Positions 1-12,991 of a stretch of 64,000 nucleotides of DNA are shown one piece after another (within the stretch, counting starts at the first letter, position 1; each line of letters opens with the position of its first letter). The notes below the pieces were generated by a model. It was not told the DNA's origin. It ran no database searches and worked only from the letters and a program-made list of their open reading frames with translations. This stretch comes from Eledone cirrhosa. Taxonomy: Eukaryota. Where the stretch lies: the NCBI GenBank assembly GCA_964016885.1, contig OZ024743.1, positions 297,786,001 through 297,850,000 of the forward strand. The letters run 5' to 3'. A program made the translations under genes and the position numbers.

Positions 1-143
1 GAAATTGAATTAAATATCCAAATGTTAGTTAATTTTCCGGACAAAATGTTGTCATCGACACGGAAGAATTAGAGTGACATTCAACGATAATATTGTCTAA
101 AACATACATACACTAATTTAAATTGACAACCATTTACTGAACT

Positions 144-216
144 GGGCTTGTGGCGCAATGGATAACGTGCCTGACTACGGATCAGGAGATTCCAGGTTCG
201 ACTCCTGGCAAGCTCG
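144..216 (+). tRNA. trnR-ACG: tRNA-Arg(ACG)
   Basis: 73-nt cloverleaf GGGCTTG..CAAGCTCG, loop CTACGGA, A/B boxes intact, C25T wobble, TTTT downstream. Confidence 0.92.
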
Positions 217-771
217 AAAGATCTTCATTTTGAAGTAGATGTATCAAAATGTTTTTAAATTCATTCTATTTTCACTATATATCTTGCGTATTAGATAGTT
301 ATGTATATATAATTTTGCATTTATTAAAACAATATACATTCTATAGAGAGTTTACTTCATATATTTAACCGATACTTCAAGTTCTGTTATAAATACTTCT
401 ATCTAAACAAATAAAAATCACATCTTTTCTTCTGCTATTGCTACTTGTTCTCATTCACCATATATCGTAGATGAGATAGAGATTCATACATACACTACAA
501 ACTATCATACTAATCACCATAAACAACCTTATTATTGATAATCTAAGAGAAAATCATAGTAAAATAAAACAAGTTAATTGAAATCTACTGTGTTTTATTG
601 AGTAATTGAAATATCAAACAATGATAGTTCGATTAAAATCAAATAAATAAAATAGAAAATACATTATTGTAATTTTCGAAGAAAAACGGTTCGCAATCAC
701 GTCGAAACTTCCCAATAAGCGATGAAATGTAATTACAATTAGTAGCCTATCTTGTCCTGTTCTTATAAAAA

Positions 772-1292
772 CCCTAACCCTAACCCTAACCCTAACCCTA
801 ACCCTAACCCTAACCCTAACCCTAACCCTAACCCTAACCCTAACCCCAACCCTAACCCTAACCCTAACCCCAACCCTAACCCTAACCCTAACCCTAACCC
901 CAACCCTAACCCTAACCCTAACCTCAACCCTAAACCTAACCCTAACCCCAACCCCAACCCTAACCCTAACCCCAACCCCAACCCCAACCCTAACCCTAAC
1001 ACCAACCCCAACCCCAACCCCAACCCCAACCCTAACCCTAACCCTAACCCTAACCCTAACGCTAACCCTAACCCCAACCCTAACCCTAACCCTAACCCTA
1101 ACCCCAACCCCAACCCTAACCCCAACCCTAACCCTAACCCTAACCCTAACCCTAACCCCAACCCTAACCCTAACCCCAACCCTAACCCTAACCCTAACCC
1201 CAACCCTAACCCTAACCCTAACCCTAACCCTAACCCCAACCCTAACCCTAACCCTAACCCTAACCCTAACCCTAACCCTAACCCTAACCCTT
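772..1292 (+). repeat. Interstitial telomeric tract (CCCTAA)n with CCCCAA variants, 521 bp
   Basis: Direct; flanks TTATAAAAA / TACAATTC. Confidence 0.98.
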
Positions 1293-2172
1293 TACAATTC
1301 AAAAGGGAATATTTACAAAATTACATGGAATCATGATGGCAGAATTTCCCTTAGATGCACGTAAAAGACGTGATAATAGAAATATTTCAAACCGAGCCGT
1401 CTTTAAAATATGGTGAGTATATTACTCCAGGCATCATTTGTATTACAGTAAAACTACCATTGACAAAATTAACTTGTGCTAATAAAAGGTAACATTTTCA
1501 CTATGAACGTTACATTTGTAAAACCTCTCTACTCAAATGCTTTCCTATGACGTCACAACATATATATTTTTATATTTAGATTGGACAAATTAGTTTAGCT
1601 TTTCTCACTTTAGTCAAGAAATGAGAACATCGCTAAAGAAGGAAATAAGCTGATATAGTAAGGTAGTGTTTAAGATAGTGTGTAAATAGTGTTGAAATCG
1701 AATGAAGAGGACATTTGGTTAAACACTGAATGTGACTAATAATGGATTGAAATGCTCCAATTTTTACTTTCAGATCTCTAGCATCCCTGTACTTTCCATT
1801 TCTATTTCTTGATAATCAAATGGTCTATTTTATTTTTAACATAGCAAGAAAGAGTTTCAATCTTGTAGTTTCGTTATTGTTTCTTTATATTTGTGAGATC
1901 ATATCTAACAATGTATACAAACTATCTCTGAATATACTTTTAAAAGAATATATTGCATACATGAGTTCATGATAATTAGATGTAGTCATTGACGAGAGGA
2001 AAGAAGCGCTGAGAGTGAGAGAAACTGGAAAACACGCAAAACCAAAGATATTGTTAGACAAATTATTGCCTTTTCAAATGAAAAATAATGAGAATAAAAG
2101 AATCGAGCGTGTAAGGAATTGAATATTAAATAAGACTTACTAGACTAAACTTAAATATTATTGCAAAAACTG

Positions 2173-2254
2173 CGACGAAGATGAGATTCAAACTCATGCG
2201 GCACGATCCCAATGGTTTAGCAGTCCATCGCCTAAACCACTCGGCCACCTCGTC
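2173..2254 (-). tRNA. trnS-GCT: tRNA-Ser(GCT), probably defective
   Basis: 82 nt GACGAGG..CTTCGTCG with long variable arm; T-loop TTTGAAT (C56T), anticodon stem ATGGA/ACCAT mismatch; T5 terminator. Confidence 0.8.
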
Positions 2255-2727
2255 AATTTTGATAAGAAAAGTGGAACTCTTCACATAGAAAACTGAAGTT
2301 TGAAATAAACGTTTATGAATATAATCGCTTGAAAGTTGATAATTTGGTGATAGAAGAATGTCAGCATTCTTATTCTATGATAGTATGGGAGAACGAAAGA
2401 TTACCAACTATTTTAAAGTATGAAAGGAGATAATCACTAAAATTGTTTTAAGTTATTTTATGGTTGTGTTTAAGAAACCTAAGACTGGTTTTAAGGGAAG
2501 ACAGATTGGAATTAAGATTTCCCCCAGACCAACATCGAATGATAACATCTCTTCTATGCTATTACAATTTACATGATTTCCAGTGAAATTGAATTAAATA
2601 TCCAAATGTTAGTTAATTTTCCGGACAAAATGTTGTCATCGACACGGAAGAATTAGAGTGACATTCAACGATAATATTGTCTAAAACATACATACACTAA
2701 TTTAAATTGACAACCATTGACTGAACT

Positions 2728-2800
2728 GGGCTTGTGGCGCAATGGATAACGCGCCTGACTACGGATCAGGAGATTCCAGGTTCGACTCCTGGCAAGCTCG
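2728..2800 (+). tRNA. trnR-ACG: tRNA-Arg(ACG)
   Basis: Array-consensus intact cloverleaf. Confidence 0.94.
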
Positions 2801-3355
2801 AAAGACCTTCATTTTGAAGTAGATGTATCAAAATGTTTTTAAATTCATTTTATTTTCACTATATATCTTGCGTATTAGATAGTTATGTATATATAATTTT
2901 GCATTTATTTAAACAATATACATTCTATAGAGAGTTTACTTCATATATTTAACCGATACTTCAAGTTCTGTTATAAATACTGCTATCTAAACAAATAAAA
3001 ATCACATCTTTTCTTCTGCTATTGCTACTTGTTCTCATTCACCATATATCGTAGATGAGATAGAGATTCATACATACACTACAAACTATCATACTAATCA
3101 CCATAAACAACCTTATTATTGATAATCTAATAGAAAATCATAGTAAAATAAAACAAGTTAATTGAAATCTACTGTGTTTTATTGAGTAATTGAAATATCA
3201 AACAATGATAGTTCGATTAAAATCAAATAAATAAAATAGAAAATACATTATTGTAATTTTCGAAGAAAAACGGTTCGCAATCACGTCGAAACTTCCCAAT
3301 AAGCGATGAAATGTAATTACAATTAGTAGCCTACCTTGTCCTGTTCTTATAAAAA

Positions 3356-3869
3356 CCCTAACCCTAACCCTAACCCTAACCCTAACCCTAACCCTAACCC
3401 CAACCCTAACCCTAACCCTAACCCCAACCCTAACCCTAACCCTAACCCCAACCCTAACCTAACCCTAACCCCAACCCTAACCCTAACCCTAACCTCAACC
3501 CTAACCCTAAACCTAACCCCAACCCCAACCCTAACCCCAACCCCAACCCCAACCCTAACCCTAACCCCAACCCCAACCCCAACCCCAACCCCAACCCTAA
3601 CCCTAACCCTAACCCTAACCCTAACCCTAACCCTAACCCTAACCCCAACCCTAACCCTAACCCTAACCCTAACCCTAACCCCAACCCCAACCCTAACCCC
3701 AACCCTAACCCTAACCCTAACCCTAACCCTGACCCCAAACCTAACCCTAACCCCAACCCTAACCCTAACCCTAACCCCAACCCTAACCCTAACCCTAACC
3801 CTAACCCTAACCCCATCCCTAACCCTAACCCTAACCCTAACCCTAACCCTAACCCTAACCCTAACCCTT
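3356..3869 (+). repeat. Interstitial telomeric tract, 514 bp
   Basis: Direct; same junctions. Confidence 0.98.
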
Positions 3870-4749
3870 TACAATTCAAAAGGGAATATTTACAAAATTA
3901 CATGGAATCATGATGGCAGAATTTCCCTTAGATGCACGTAAAAGACGTGATAATAGAAATATTTCAAACCGAGCCGTCTTTAAAATATGGTGAGTATATT
4001 ACTCCAGGCATCATTTGTATTACAGTAATACTACCATTCACAAAATTAACTTGTGCTAATAAAGGGTAACATTTTCACAATGAACGTTACATTTGTAAAA
4101 CCTCTCTACTCAAATGCTTTCCTATGACGTCACAACATATATATTTTTATATTTAGATTGGACAAATTAGTTTAGCTTTTCTCACTTTAGTCAAGAAATG
4201 AGAACATCGCTAAAGAAGGAAATAAGCTGATATAGTAAGGTAGTGTTTAAGATAGTGTGTAAATAGTGTTGAAATCGAATGAAGAGGACATTTGGTTAAA
4301 CACTGAATGTGACTAATAATGGATTGAAATGCTCCAATTTTTACTTTCAGATCTCTAGCATTCCTGTACTTTCCATTTCTATTTCTTGATAATCAAATGG
4401 TCTATTTTATTTTTAACATAGCAAGAAAGAGTTTCAATCTTGTAGTTTCGTTATTGTTTCTTTATATTTGTGAGATCATATCTAACAATGTATACAAACT
4501 ATCTCTGAATATACTTTTAAAAGAATATATTGCATACATGAGTTCATGATAATTAGATGTAGTCATTGACGAGAGGAAAGAAGCGCTGAGAGTGAGAGAA
4601 ACTGGAAAACACGCAAAACCAAAGATATTGTTAGACAAATTATTGCCTTTTCAAATGAAAAATAATGAGAATAAAAGAATCGAGCGTGTAAGGAATTGAA
4701 TATTAAATAAGACTTACTAGACTAAACTTAAATATTATGGCAAAAACTG

Positions 4750-4831
4750 CGACGAAGATGAGATTCAAACTCATGCGGCACGATCCCAATGGTTTAGCAG
4801 TCCATCGCCTAAACCACTCGGCCACCTCGTC
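4750..4831 (-). tRNA. trnS-GCT: tRNA-Ser(GCT), probably defective
   Basis: Same lesions as copy at 2173. Confidence 0.8.
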
Positions 4832-5304
4832 AATTTTGATAAGAAAAGTGGAACTCTTCACATAGAAAACTGAAGTTTGAAATAAACGTTTATGAATATA
4901 ATCGCTTGAAAGTTGATAATTTGGTGATAGAAGAATGTCAGCATTCTTATTCTATGATAGTATGGGAGAACGAAAGATTACCAACTATTTTAAAGTATGA
5001 AAGGAAATAATCACTAAAATTGTTTTAAGTTATTTTATGGTTGTGTTTAAGAAACCTAAGGCTAGTTTTAAGGGAAGACAGATTGGAATTAAGATTTCCC
5101 CCAGACCAACATCGAATGATAACATCTTTTCTATGCTATTACAATTTACATGATTTCCAATGAAATTGAATTAAATATCCAAATGTTAGTTAATTTTCCG
5201 GACAAAATGTTGTCATCGACACGGAAGAATTAGAGTGACATTGAACGATAATATTGTCTAAAACATACATACACAAATTTAAATTGACAACCATTTACTG
5301 AACT

Positions 5305-5377
5305 GGGCTTGTGGCGCAATGGATAACGCGCCTGACTACGGATCAGGAGATTCCAGGTTCGACTCCTGGCAAGCTCG
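5305..5377 (+). tRNA. trnR-ACG: tRNA-Arg(ACG)
   Basis: Consensus cloverleaf. Confidence 0.94.
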
Positions 5378-5932
5378 AAAGACCTTCATTTTGAAGTAGA
5401 TGTATCAAAATGTTTTTAAATTCATTTTATTTTCACTATATATCTTGCGTATTAGATAGTTATGTATATATAATTTTGCATTTATTAAAACAATATACAT
5501 TCTATAGAGAGTTTACTTCATATATTTAACCGATACTTCAAGTTCTGTTATAAATACTGCTATCTAAACAAATAAAAATCACATCTTTTCTTCTGCTATT
5601 GCTACTTGTTCTCATTCACCATATATCGTAGATGAGATAGAGATTCATACATACACTACAAACTATCATACTAATCACCATAAACAACCTTATTATTGAT
5701 AATCTAAGAGAAAATCATAGTAAAATAAAACAAGTTAATTGAAATCTACTGTGTTTTATTGAGTAATTGAAATATCAAACAATGATAGTTCGATTAAAAT
5801 CAAATAAATAAAATAGAAAATACATTATTGTAATTATCGAAGAAAAACGGTTCGCAATCACGTCGAAACTTCCCAATAAGCGATGAAATGTAATTACAAT
5901 TAGTAGCCTACCTTGTCCTGTTCTTATAAAAA

Positions 5933-6291
5933 CCCTAACCCTAACCCTAACCCTAACCCTAACCCTAACCCTAACCCTAACCCTAACCCTAACCCTAACC
6001 CTAACCCCAACCCTAACCCTAACCCTAACCCCAACCTTAACCCTAACCCTAACCCCAACCCTAACCCTAACCCTAACCCTAACCCTAAACCTAACCCTAA
6101 CCCCAACCCCAACCCTAACCCCAACCCTAACCCTAACCCTAACCCTAACCCTAACCCCAACCCTTACCCTAACCCCAACCCTAACCCTAACCCTAACCCC
6201 AACCCTAACCCTAACCCTAACCCTAACCCTAACCCCAACCCTAACCCTAACCCTAACCCTAACCCTAACCCTAACCCTAACCCTAACCCTT
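5933..6291 (+). repeat. Interstitial telomeric tract, 359 bp (contracted)
   Basis: Direct; same junctions. Confidence 0.98.
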
Positions 6292-7171
6292 TACAATTCA
6301 AAAGGGAATATTTACAAAATTAGATGGAATCATGATGGCAGAATTTCCCTTAGATGCACGTAAAAGATGTGATAATAGAAATATTTCAAACCGAGCCGTC
6401 TTTAAAATATGGTGAGTATATTACTCCAGGCATCATTTGTATTACAGTAATACTACCATTGACAAAATTAACTTGTGCTAATAAAAGGTAACATTTTCAC
6501 AATGAACGTTACATTTGTAAAACCTCTCTACTCAAATGCTTTCCTATGACGTCACAACATATATATTTTTATATTTAGATTGGACAAATTAGTTTAGCTT
6601 TTCTCACTTTAGTCAAGAAATGAGAACATCGCTAAAGAAGGAAATAAGCTGATATAGTAAGGTAGTGTTTAAGATAGTGTGTAAATAGTGTTGAAATCGA
6701 ATGAAGAGGACATTTGGTTAAACACTGAATGTGACTAATAATGGATTGAAATGCTCCAATTTTTACTTTCAGATCTCTAGCATTCCTGTACTTTCCATTT
6801 CTATTTCTTGATAATCAAATGGTCTATTTTATTTTTAACATAGCAAGAAAGAGTTTCAATCTTGTAGTTTCGTTATTGTTTCTTTATATTTGTGAGATCA
6901 TATCTAACAATGTATACAAACTATCTCTGAATATACTTTTAAAAGAATATATTGCATACATGAGTTCATGATAATTAGATGTAGTCATTGACGAGAGGAA
7001 AGAAGCGCTGAGAGTGAGAGAAACTGGAAAACACGCAAAACCAAAGATATTGTTAGACAAATTATTGCCTTTTCAAATGAAAAATAATGAGAATAAAAGA
7101 ATCGAGCGTGTAAGGAATTGAATATTAAATAAGACTTACTAGACTAAACTTAAATATTATGGCAAAAACTG

Positions 7172-7253
7172 CGACGAAGATGAGATTCAAACTCATGCGG
7201 CACGATCCCAATGGTTTAGCAGTCCATCGCCTAAACCACTCGGCCACCTCGTC
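7172..7253 (-). tRNA. trnS-GCT: tRNA-Ser(GCT), probably defective
   Basis: Same lesions as copy at 2173. Confidence 0.8.
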
Positions 7254-7726
7254 AATTTTGATAAGAAAAGTGGAACTCTTCACATAGAAAACTGAAGTTT
7301 GAAATAAACGTTTATGAATATAATCGCTTGAAAGTTGATAATTGTGTGATAGAAGAATGTCAGCATTCTTATTCTATGATAGTATGGGAGAACGAAAGAT
7401 TACCAACTATTTTAAGGTATGAAAGGAAATAATCACTAAAATTGTTTTAAGTTATTTTATGGTTGTGTTTAAGAAACCTAAGGCTAGTTTTAAGGGAAGA
7501 CAGATTGGAATTAAGATTTCCCCCAGACCAACATCGAATGATAACATGTTTTCTATGCTATTACAATTTACATGATTTCCAATGAAATTGAATTAAATAT
7601 CCAAATGTTAGTTAATTTTCCGGACAAAATGTTGTCATCGACACGGAAGAATTAGAGTGACATTCAACGATAATATTGTCTAAAACATACATACACTAAT
7701 TTAAATTGACAACCATTTACTAAACT

Positions 7727-7799
7727 GGGCTTGTGGCGCAATGGATAACGCGCCTGACTACGGATCAGGAGATTCCAGGTTCGACTCCTGGCAAGCTCG
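7727..7799 (+). tRNA. trnR-ACG: tRNA-Arg(ACG)
   Basis: Consensus cloverleaf. Confidence 0.94.
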
Positions 7800-8354
7800 A
7801 AAGATCTTCATTTTGAAGTAGATGTATCAAAATGTTTTTAAATTCATTCTATTTTCACTATATATCTTGCGTATTAGATAGTTATGTATATATAATTTTG
7901 CATTTATTAAAACAATATACATTCTATAGAGAGTTTACTTCATATATTTAACCGATACTTCAAGTTCTGTTATAAATACTGCTATCTAAACAAATAAAAA
8001 TCACATCTTTTCTTCTGCTATTGCTACTTGTTCTCATTCACCATATATCGTAGATGAGATAGAGATTCATACATACACTACAAACTATCATATTAATCAC
8101 CATAAACAACCTTATTATTGATAATCTAATAGAAAATCATAGTAAAATAAAACAAGTTAATTGAAATCTACTGTGTTTTATTGAGTAATTGAAATATCAA
8201 ACAATGATAGTTCGATTAAAATCAAATAAATAAAATAGAAAATACATTATTGTAATTTTCGAAGAAAAACGGTTCGCAATCACGTCGAAACTTCCCAATA
8301 AGCGATGAAATGTAATTACAATTAGTAGCCTACCTTGTCCTGTTCTTATAAAAA

Positions 8355-8881
8355 CCCTAACCCTAACCCTAACCCTAACCCTAACCCTAACCCTAACCCT
8401 AACCCTAACCCTAACCCCAACCCTAACCCTAACCCTAACCGCAACCCTAACCCTAACCCTAACCCCAACCCTAACCCTAACCCCAACCCTAACCCTAACC
8501 CTAACCTCAACCCTAACCCTAACCCTAACCCCAACCCCAAACCTAACCCTAACCCCAACCCCAACCCCAACCCTAATCCTAACCCCAACCCCAACCCCAA
8601 CCCCAACCCCAACCCTAACCCTAACCCTAACCCTAACCCTAACCCTAACCCCAACCCTAACCCTAACCCTAACCCTAACCCTAACCCCAACCCCAACCCT
8701 AACCCCAACCCTAACCCTAACCCTAACCCTAACCCTAACCCTAACCCCAACCCTAACCCTAACCCCAACCCTAACCCTAACCCTAACCCCAACCCTAACC
8801 CTAACCCTAACCCTAACCCTAACCCCAACCCTAACCCTAACCCTAACCCTAACCCTAACCCTAACCCTAACCCTAACCCTT
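8355..8881 (+). repeat. Interstitial telomeric tract, 527 bp
   Basis: Direct; same junctions. Confidence 0.98.
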
Positions 8882-9761
8882 TACAATTCAAAAGGGAATA
8901 TTTACAAAATTACATGGAATCATGATGGCAAAATTTCCCTTAGATGCACGTAAAAGACGTGATAATAGAAATATTTCAAACCGAGCCGTCTTTAAAATAT
9001 GGTGAGTATATTACTCCAGGCATCATTTGTATTACAGTAATACTACCATTCACAAAATTAACTTGTGCTAATAAAGGGTAACATTTTCACAATGAACGTT
9101 ACATTTGTAAAACCTCTCTACTCAAATGCTTTCCTATGACGTCACAACATATATATTTTTATATTTAGATTGGACAAATTAGTTTAGCTTTTCTCACTTT
9201 AGTCAAGAAATGAGAACATCGCTAAAGAAGGAAATAAGCTGATATAGTAAGGTAGTGTTTAAGATAGTGTGTAAATAGTGTTGAAATCGAATGAAGAGGA
9301 CATTTGGTTAAACACTGAATGTGACTAATAATGGATTGAAATGCTCCAATTTTTACTTTCAGATCTCTAGCATTCCTGTACTTTCCATTTCTATTTCTTG
9401 ATAATCAAATGGTCTATTTTATTTTTAACATAGCAAGAAAGAGTTTCAATCTTGTAGTTTCGTTATTGTTTCTTTATATTTGTGAGATCATATCTAACAA
9501 TGTATACAAACTATCTCTGAATATACTTTTAAAAGAATATATTGCATACATGAGTTCATGATAATTAGATGTAGTCATTGACGAGAGGAAAGAAGCGCTG
9601 AGAGTGAGAGAAACTGGAAAACACGCAAAACCAAAGATATTGTTAGACAAATTATTGCCTTTTCAAATGAAAAATAATGAGAATAAAAGAATCGAGCGTG
9701 TAAGGAATTGAATATTAAATAAGACTTACTAGACTAAACTTAAATATTATGGCAAAAACTG

Positions 9762-9843
9762 CGACGAAGATGAGATTCAAACTCATGCGGCACGATCCCA
9801 ATGGTTTAGCAGTCCATCGCCTAAACCACTCGGCCACCTCGTC
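9762..9843 (-). tRNA. trnS-GCT: tRNA-Ser(GCT), probably defective
   Basis: Same lesions as copy at 2173. Confidence 0.8.
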
Positions 9844-10316
9844 AATTTTGATAAGAAAAGTGGAACTCTTCACATAGAAAACTGAAGTTTGAAATAAACG
9901 TTTATGAATATAATCGCTTGAAAGTTGATAATTTGGTGATAGAAGAATGTCAGCATTCTTATTCTATGATAGTATGGGAGAACGAAAGATTACCAACTAT
10001 TTTAAAGTATGAAAGGAAATAATCACTAAAATTGTTTTAAGTTATTTTATGGTTGTGTTTAAGAAACCTAAGACTGGTTTTAAGGGAAGACAGATTGGAA
10101 TTAAGATTTCCCCCAGACCAACATCGAATGATAACATCTTTTCTATGCTATTACAATTTACATGATTTCCAATGAAATTGAATTAAATATCCAAATGTTA
10201 GTTAATTTTCCGGACAAAATGTTGTCATCGACACGGAAGAATTAGAGTGACATTCAACGATAATATTGTCTAAAACATACATACACTAATTTAAATTGAC
10301 AACCATTTACTGAACT

Positions 10317-10389
10317 GGGCTTGTGGCGCAATGGATAACGTGCCTGACTACGGATCAGGAGATTCCAGGTTCGACTCCTGGCAAGCTCG
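10317..10389 (+). tRNA. trnR-ACG: tRNA-Arg(ACG)
   Basis: Cloverleaf, C25T wobble. Confidence 0.92.
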
Positions 10390-10944
10390 AAAGATCTTCA
10401 TTTTGAAGTAGATGTATCAAAATGTTTTTAAATTCATTCTATTTTCACTATATATCTTGCGTATTAGATAGTTATGTATATATAATTTTGCATTTATTAA
10501 AACAATATACATTCTATAGAGAGTTTACTTCATATATTTAACCGATACTTCAAGTTCTGTTATAAATACTGCTATCTAAACAAATAAAAATCACATCTTT
10601 TCTTCTGCTATTGCTACTTGTTCTCATTCACCATATATCGTAGATGAGATAGAGATTCATACATACACTACAAACTATCATACTAATCACCATAAACAAC
10701 CTTATTATTGATAATCTAATAGAAAATCATAGTAAAATAAAACAAGTTAATTGAAATCTACTGTGTTTTATTGAGTAATTGAAATATCAAACAATGATAG
10801 TTCGATTAAAATCAAATAAATAAAATAGAAAATACATTATTGTAATTTTCGAAGAAAAACGGTTCGCAATCACGTCGAAACTTCCCAATAAGCGATGAAA
10901 TGTAATTACAATTAGTAGCCTACCTTGTCCTGTTCTTATAAAAA

Positions 10945-11483
10945 CCCTAACCCTAACCCTAACCCTAACCCTAACCCTAACCCTAACCCTAACCCTAACC
11001 CTAACCCCAACCCTAACCCTAACCCTAACCCCAACCCTAAACCTAACCCTAACCCCAACCCTAACCCTAAGCCTAACCCCAACCCTAACCCTAACCCTAA
11101 CCTCAAACCTAACCCTAACCCTAACCCCAACCCCAACCCTAACCCTAACCCCAACCCCAACCCCAACCCTAACCCTAACCCCAACCCCAACCCCAACCCC
11201 AACCCCAACCCTAACCCTAACCCTAGCCCTAACCCTAACCCTAACCCTAACCCCAACCCTAACCCTAACCCTAACCCTAACCCTAACCCCAACCCCAACC
11301 CTAACCCCAACCCTAACCCTAACCCTAACCCTAACCCTAACCCCAACCCTAACCCTAACCCCAACCCTAACCCTAACCCTAACCCCAACCCTAACCCTAA
11401 CCCTAACCCTAACCCTAACCCCAACCCTAACTCTAACACTAACCCTAACCCTAACCCTAACCCTAACCCTAACCCTAACCCTT
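10945..11483 (+). repeat. Interstitial telomeric tract, 539 bp
   Basis: Direct; same junctions. Confidence 0.98.
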
Positions 11484-12363
11484 TACAATTCAAAAGGGAA
11501 TATTTACAAAATTAGATGGAATCATGATGGCAGAATTTCCCTTAGATGCACGTAAAAGACGTGATAATAGAAATATTTCAAACCGAGCCGTCTTTAAAAT
11601 ATGGTGAGTATATTACTCCAGGCATCATTTGTATTACAGTAATACTACCATTGACAGAATTAACTTATGCTAATAAAAGGTAACATTTTCACAATGAACG
11701 TTACATTTGTAAAACCTCTCTACTCAAATGCTTTCCTATGACGTTACAACATATATATTTTTATATTTAGATTGGACAAATTAGTTTAGCTTTTCTCACT
11801 TTAGTCAAGAAATGAGAACATCGCTAAAGAAGGAAATAAGCTGATATAGTAAGGTAGTGTTTAAGATAGTGTGTAAATAGTGTTGAAATCGAATGAAGAG
11901 GACATTTGGTTAAACACTGAATGTGACTAATAATGGATTGAAATGCTCCAATTTTTACTTTCAGATCTCTAGCATTCCTGTACTTTCCATTTTTATTTCT
12001 TGATAATCAAATGGTCTATTTTATTTTTAACATAGCAAGAAAGAGTTTCAATCTTGTAGTTTCGTTATTGTTTCTTTATATTTGTGAGATCATATCTAAC
12101 AATGTATACAAACTATCTCTGAATATACTTTTAAAAGAATATATTGCATACATGAGTTCATGATAATTAGATGTAGTCATTGACGACAGGAAAGAAGCGC
12201 TGAGAGTGAGAGAAACTGGAAAACACGCAAAACCAAAGATATTGTTAGACAAATTATTGCCTTTTCAAATGAAAAATAATGAGAATAAAAGAATCGAGCG
12301 TGTAAGGAATTGAATATTAAATAAGACTTACTAGACTAAACTTAAATATTATGGCAAAAACTG

Positions 12364-12445
12364 CGACGAAGATGAGATTCAAACTCATGCGGCACGATCC
12401 CAATGGTTTAGCAGTCCATCGCCTAAACCACTCGGCCACCTCGTC
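12364..12445 (-). tRNA. trnS-GCT: tRNA-Ser(GCT), probably defective
   Basis: Same lesions as copy at 2173. Confidence 0.8.
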
Positions 12446-12918
12446 AATTTTGATAAGAAAAGTGGAACTCTTCACATAGAAAACTGAAGTTTGAAATAAA
12501 CGTTTATGAATATAATCGCTTGAAAGTTGATAATTGTGTGATAGAAGAATGTCAGCATTCTTATTCTATGATAGTATGGGAGAACGAAAGATTACCAACT
12601 ATTTTAAAGTATGAAAGGAAATAATCACTAAAATTGTTTTAAGTTATTTTATGGTTGTGTTTAAGAAACCTAAGACTGGTTTTAAGGGAAGACAGATTGG
12701 AATTAAGATTTCCCCCAGACCAACATCGAATGATAACATCTTTTCTATGCTATTACAATCTACATGATTTCCAATGAAATTGAATTAAATATCCAAATGT
12801 TAGTTAATTTTCCGGACAAAATGTTGTCATCGACACGGAAGAATTAGTGTGACATTCAACGATAATATTGTCTAAAACATACATACACTAATTTAAATTG
12901 ACAACCATTTACAAAACT

Positions 12919-12991
12919 GGGCTTGTGGCGCAATGGATAACGCGCCTGACTACGGATCAGGAGATTCCGGGTTCGAATGCTGGCAGGCTCG
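12919..12991 (+). tRNA. trnR-ACG: tRNA-Arg(ACG) variant, possibly defective
   Basis: T-arm CCGGG-TTCGAAT-GCTGG (C61G mismatch). Confidence 0.75.

Noticed and set aside
1662-1698. Triple TAGTGT-containing short repeat
   Set aside because: Only three degenerate ~12-bp copies; ordinary slippage
1733-1773. Strong-looking branch point and 3' splice site (GACTAAT...TTTTTACTTTCAG)
   Set aside because: AG not conserved in the inverted array and no downstream coding exon; expected by chance in AT-rich DNA
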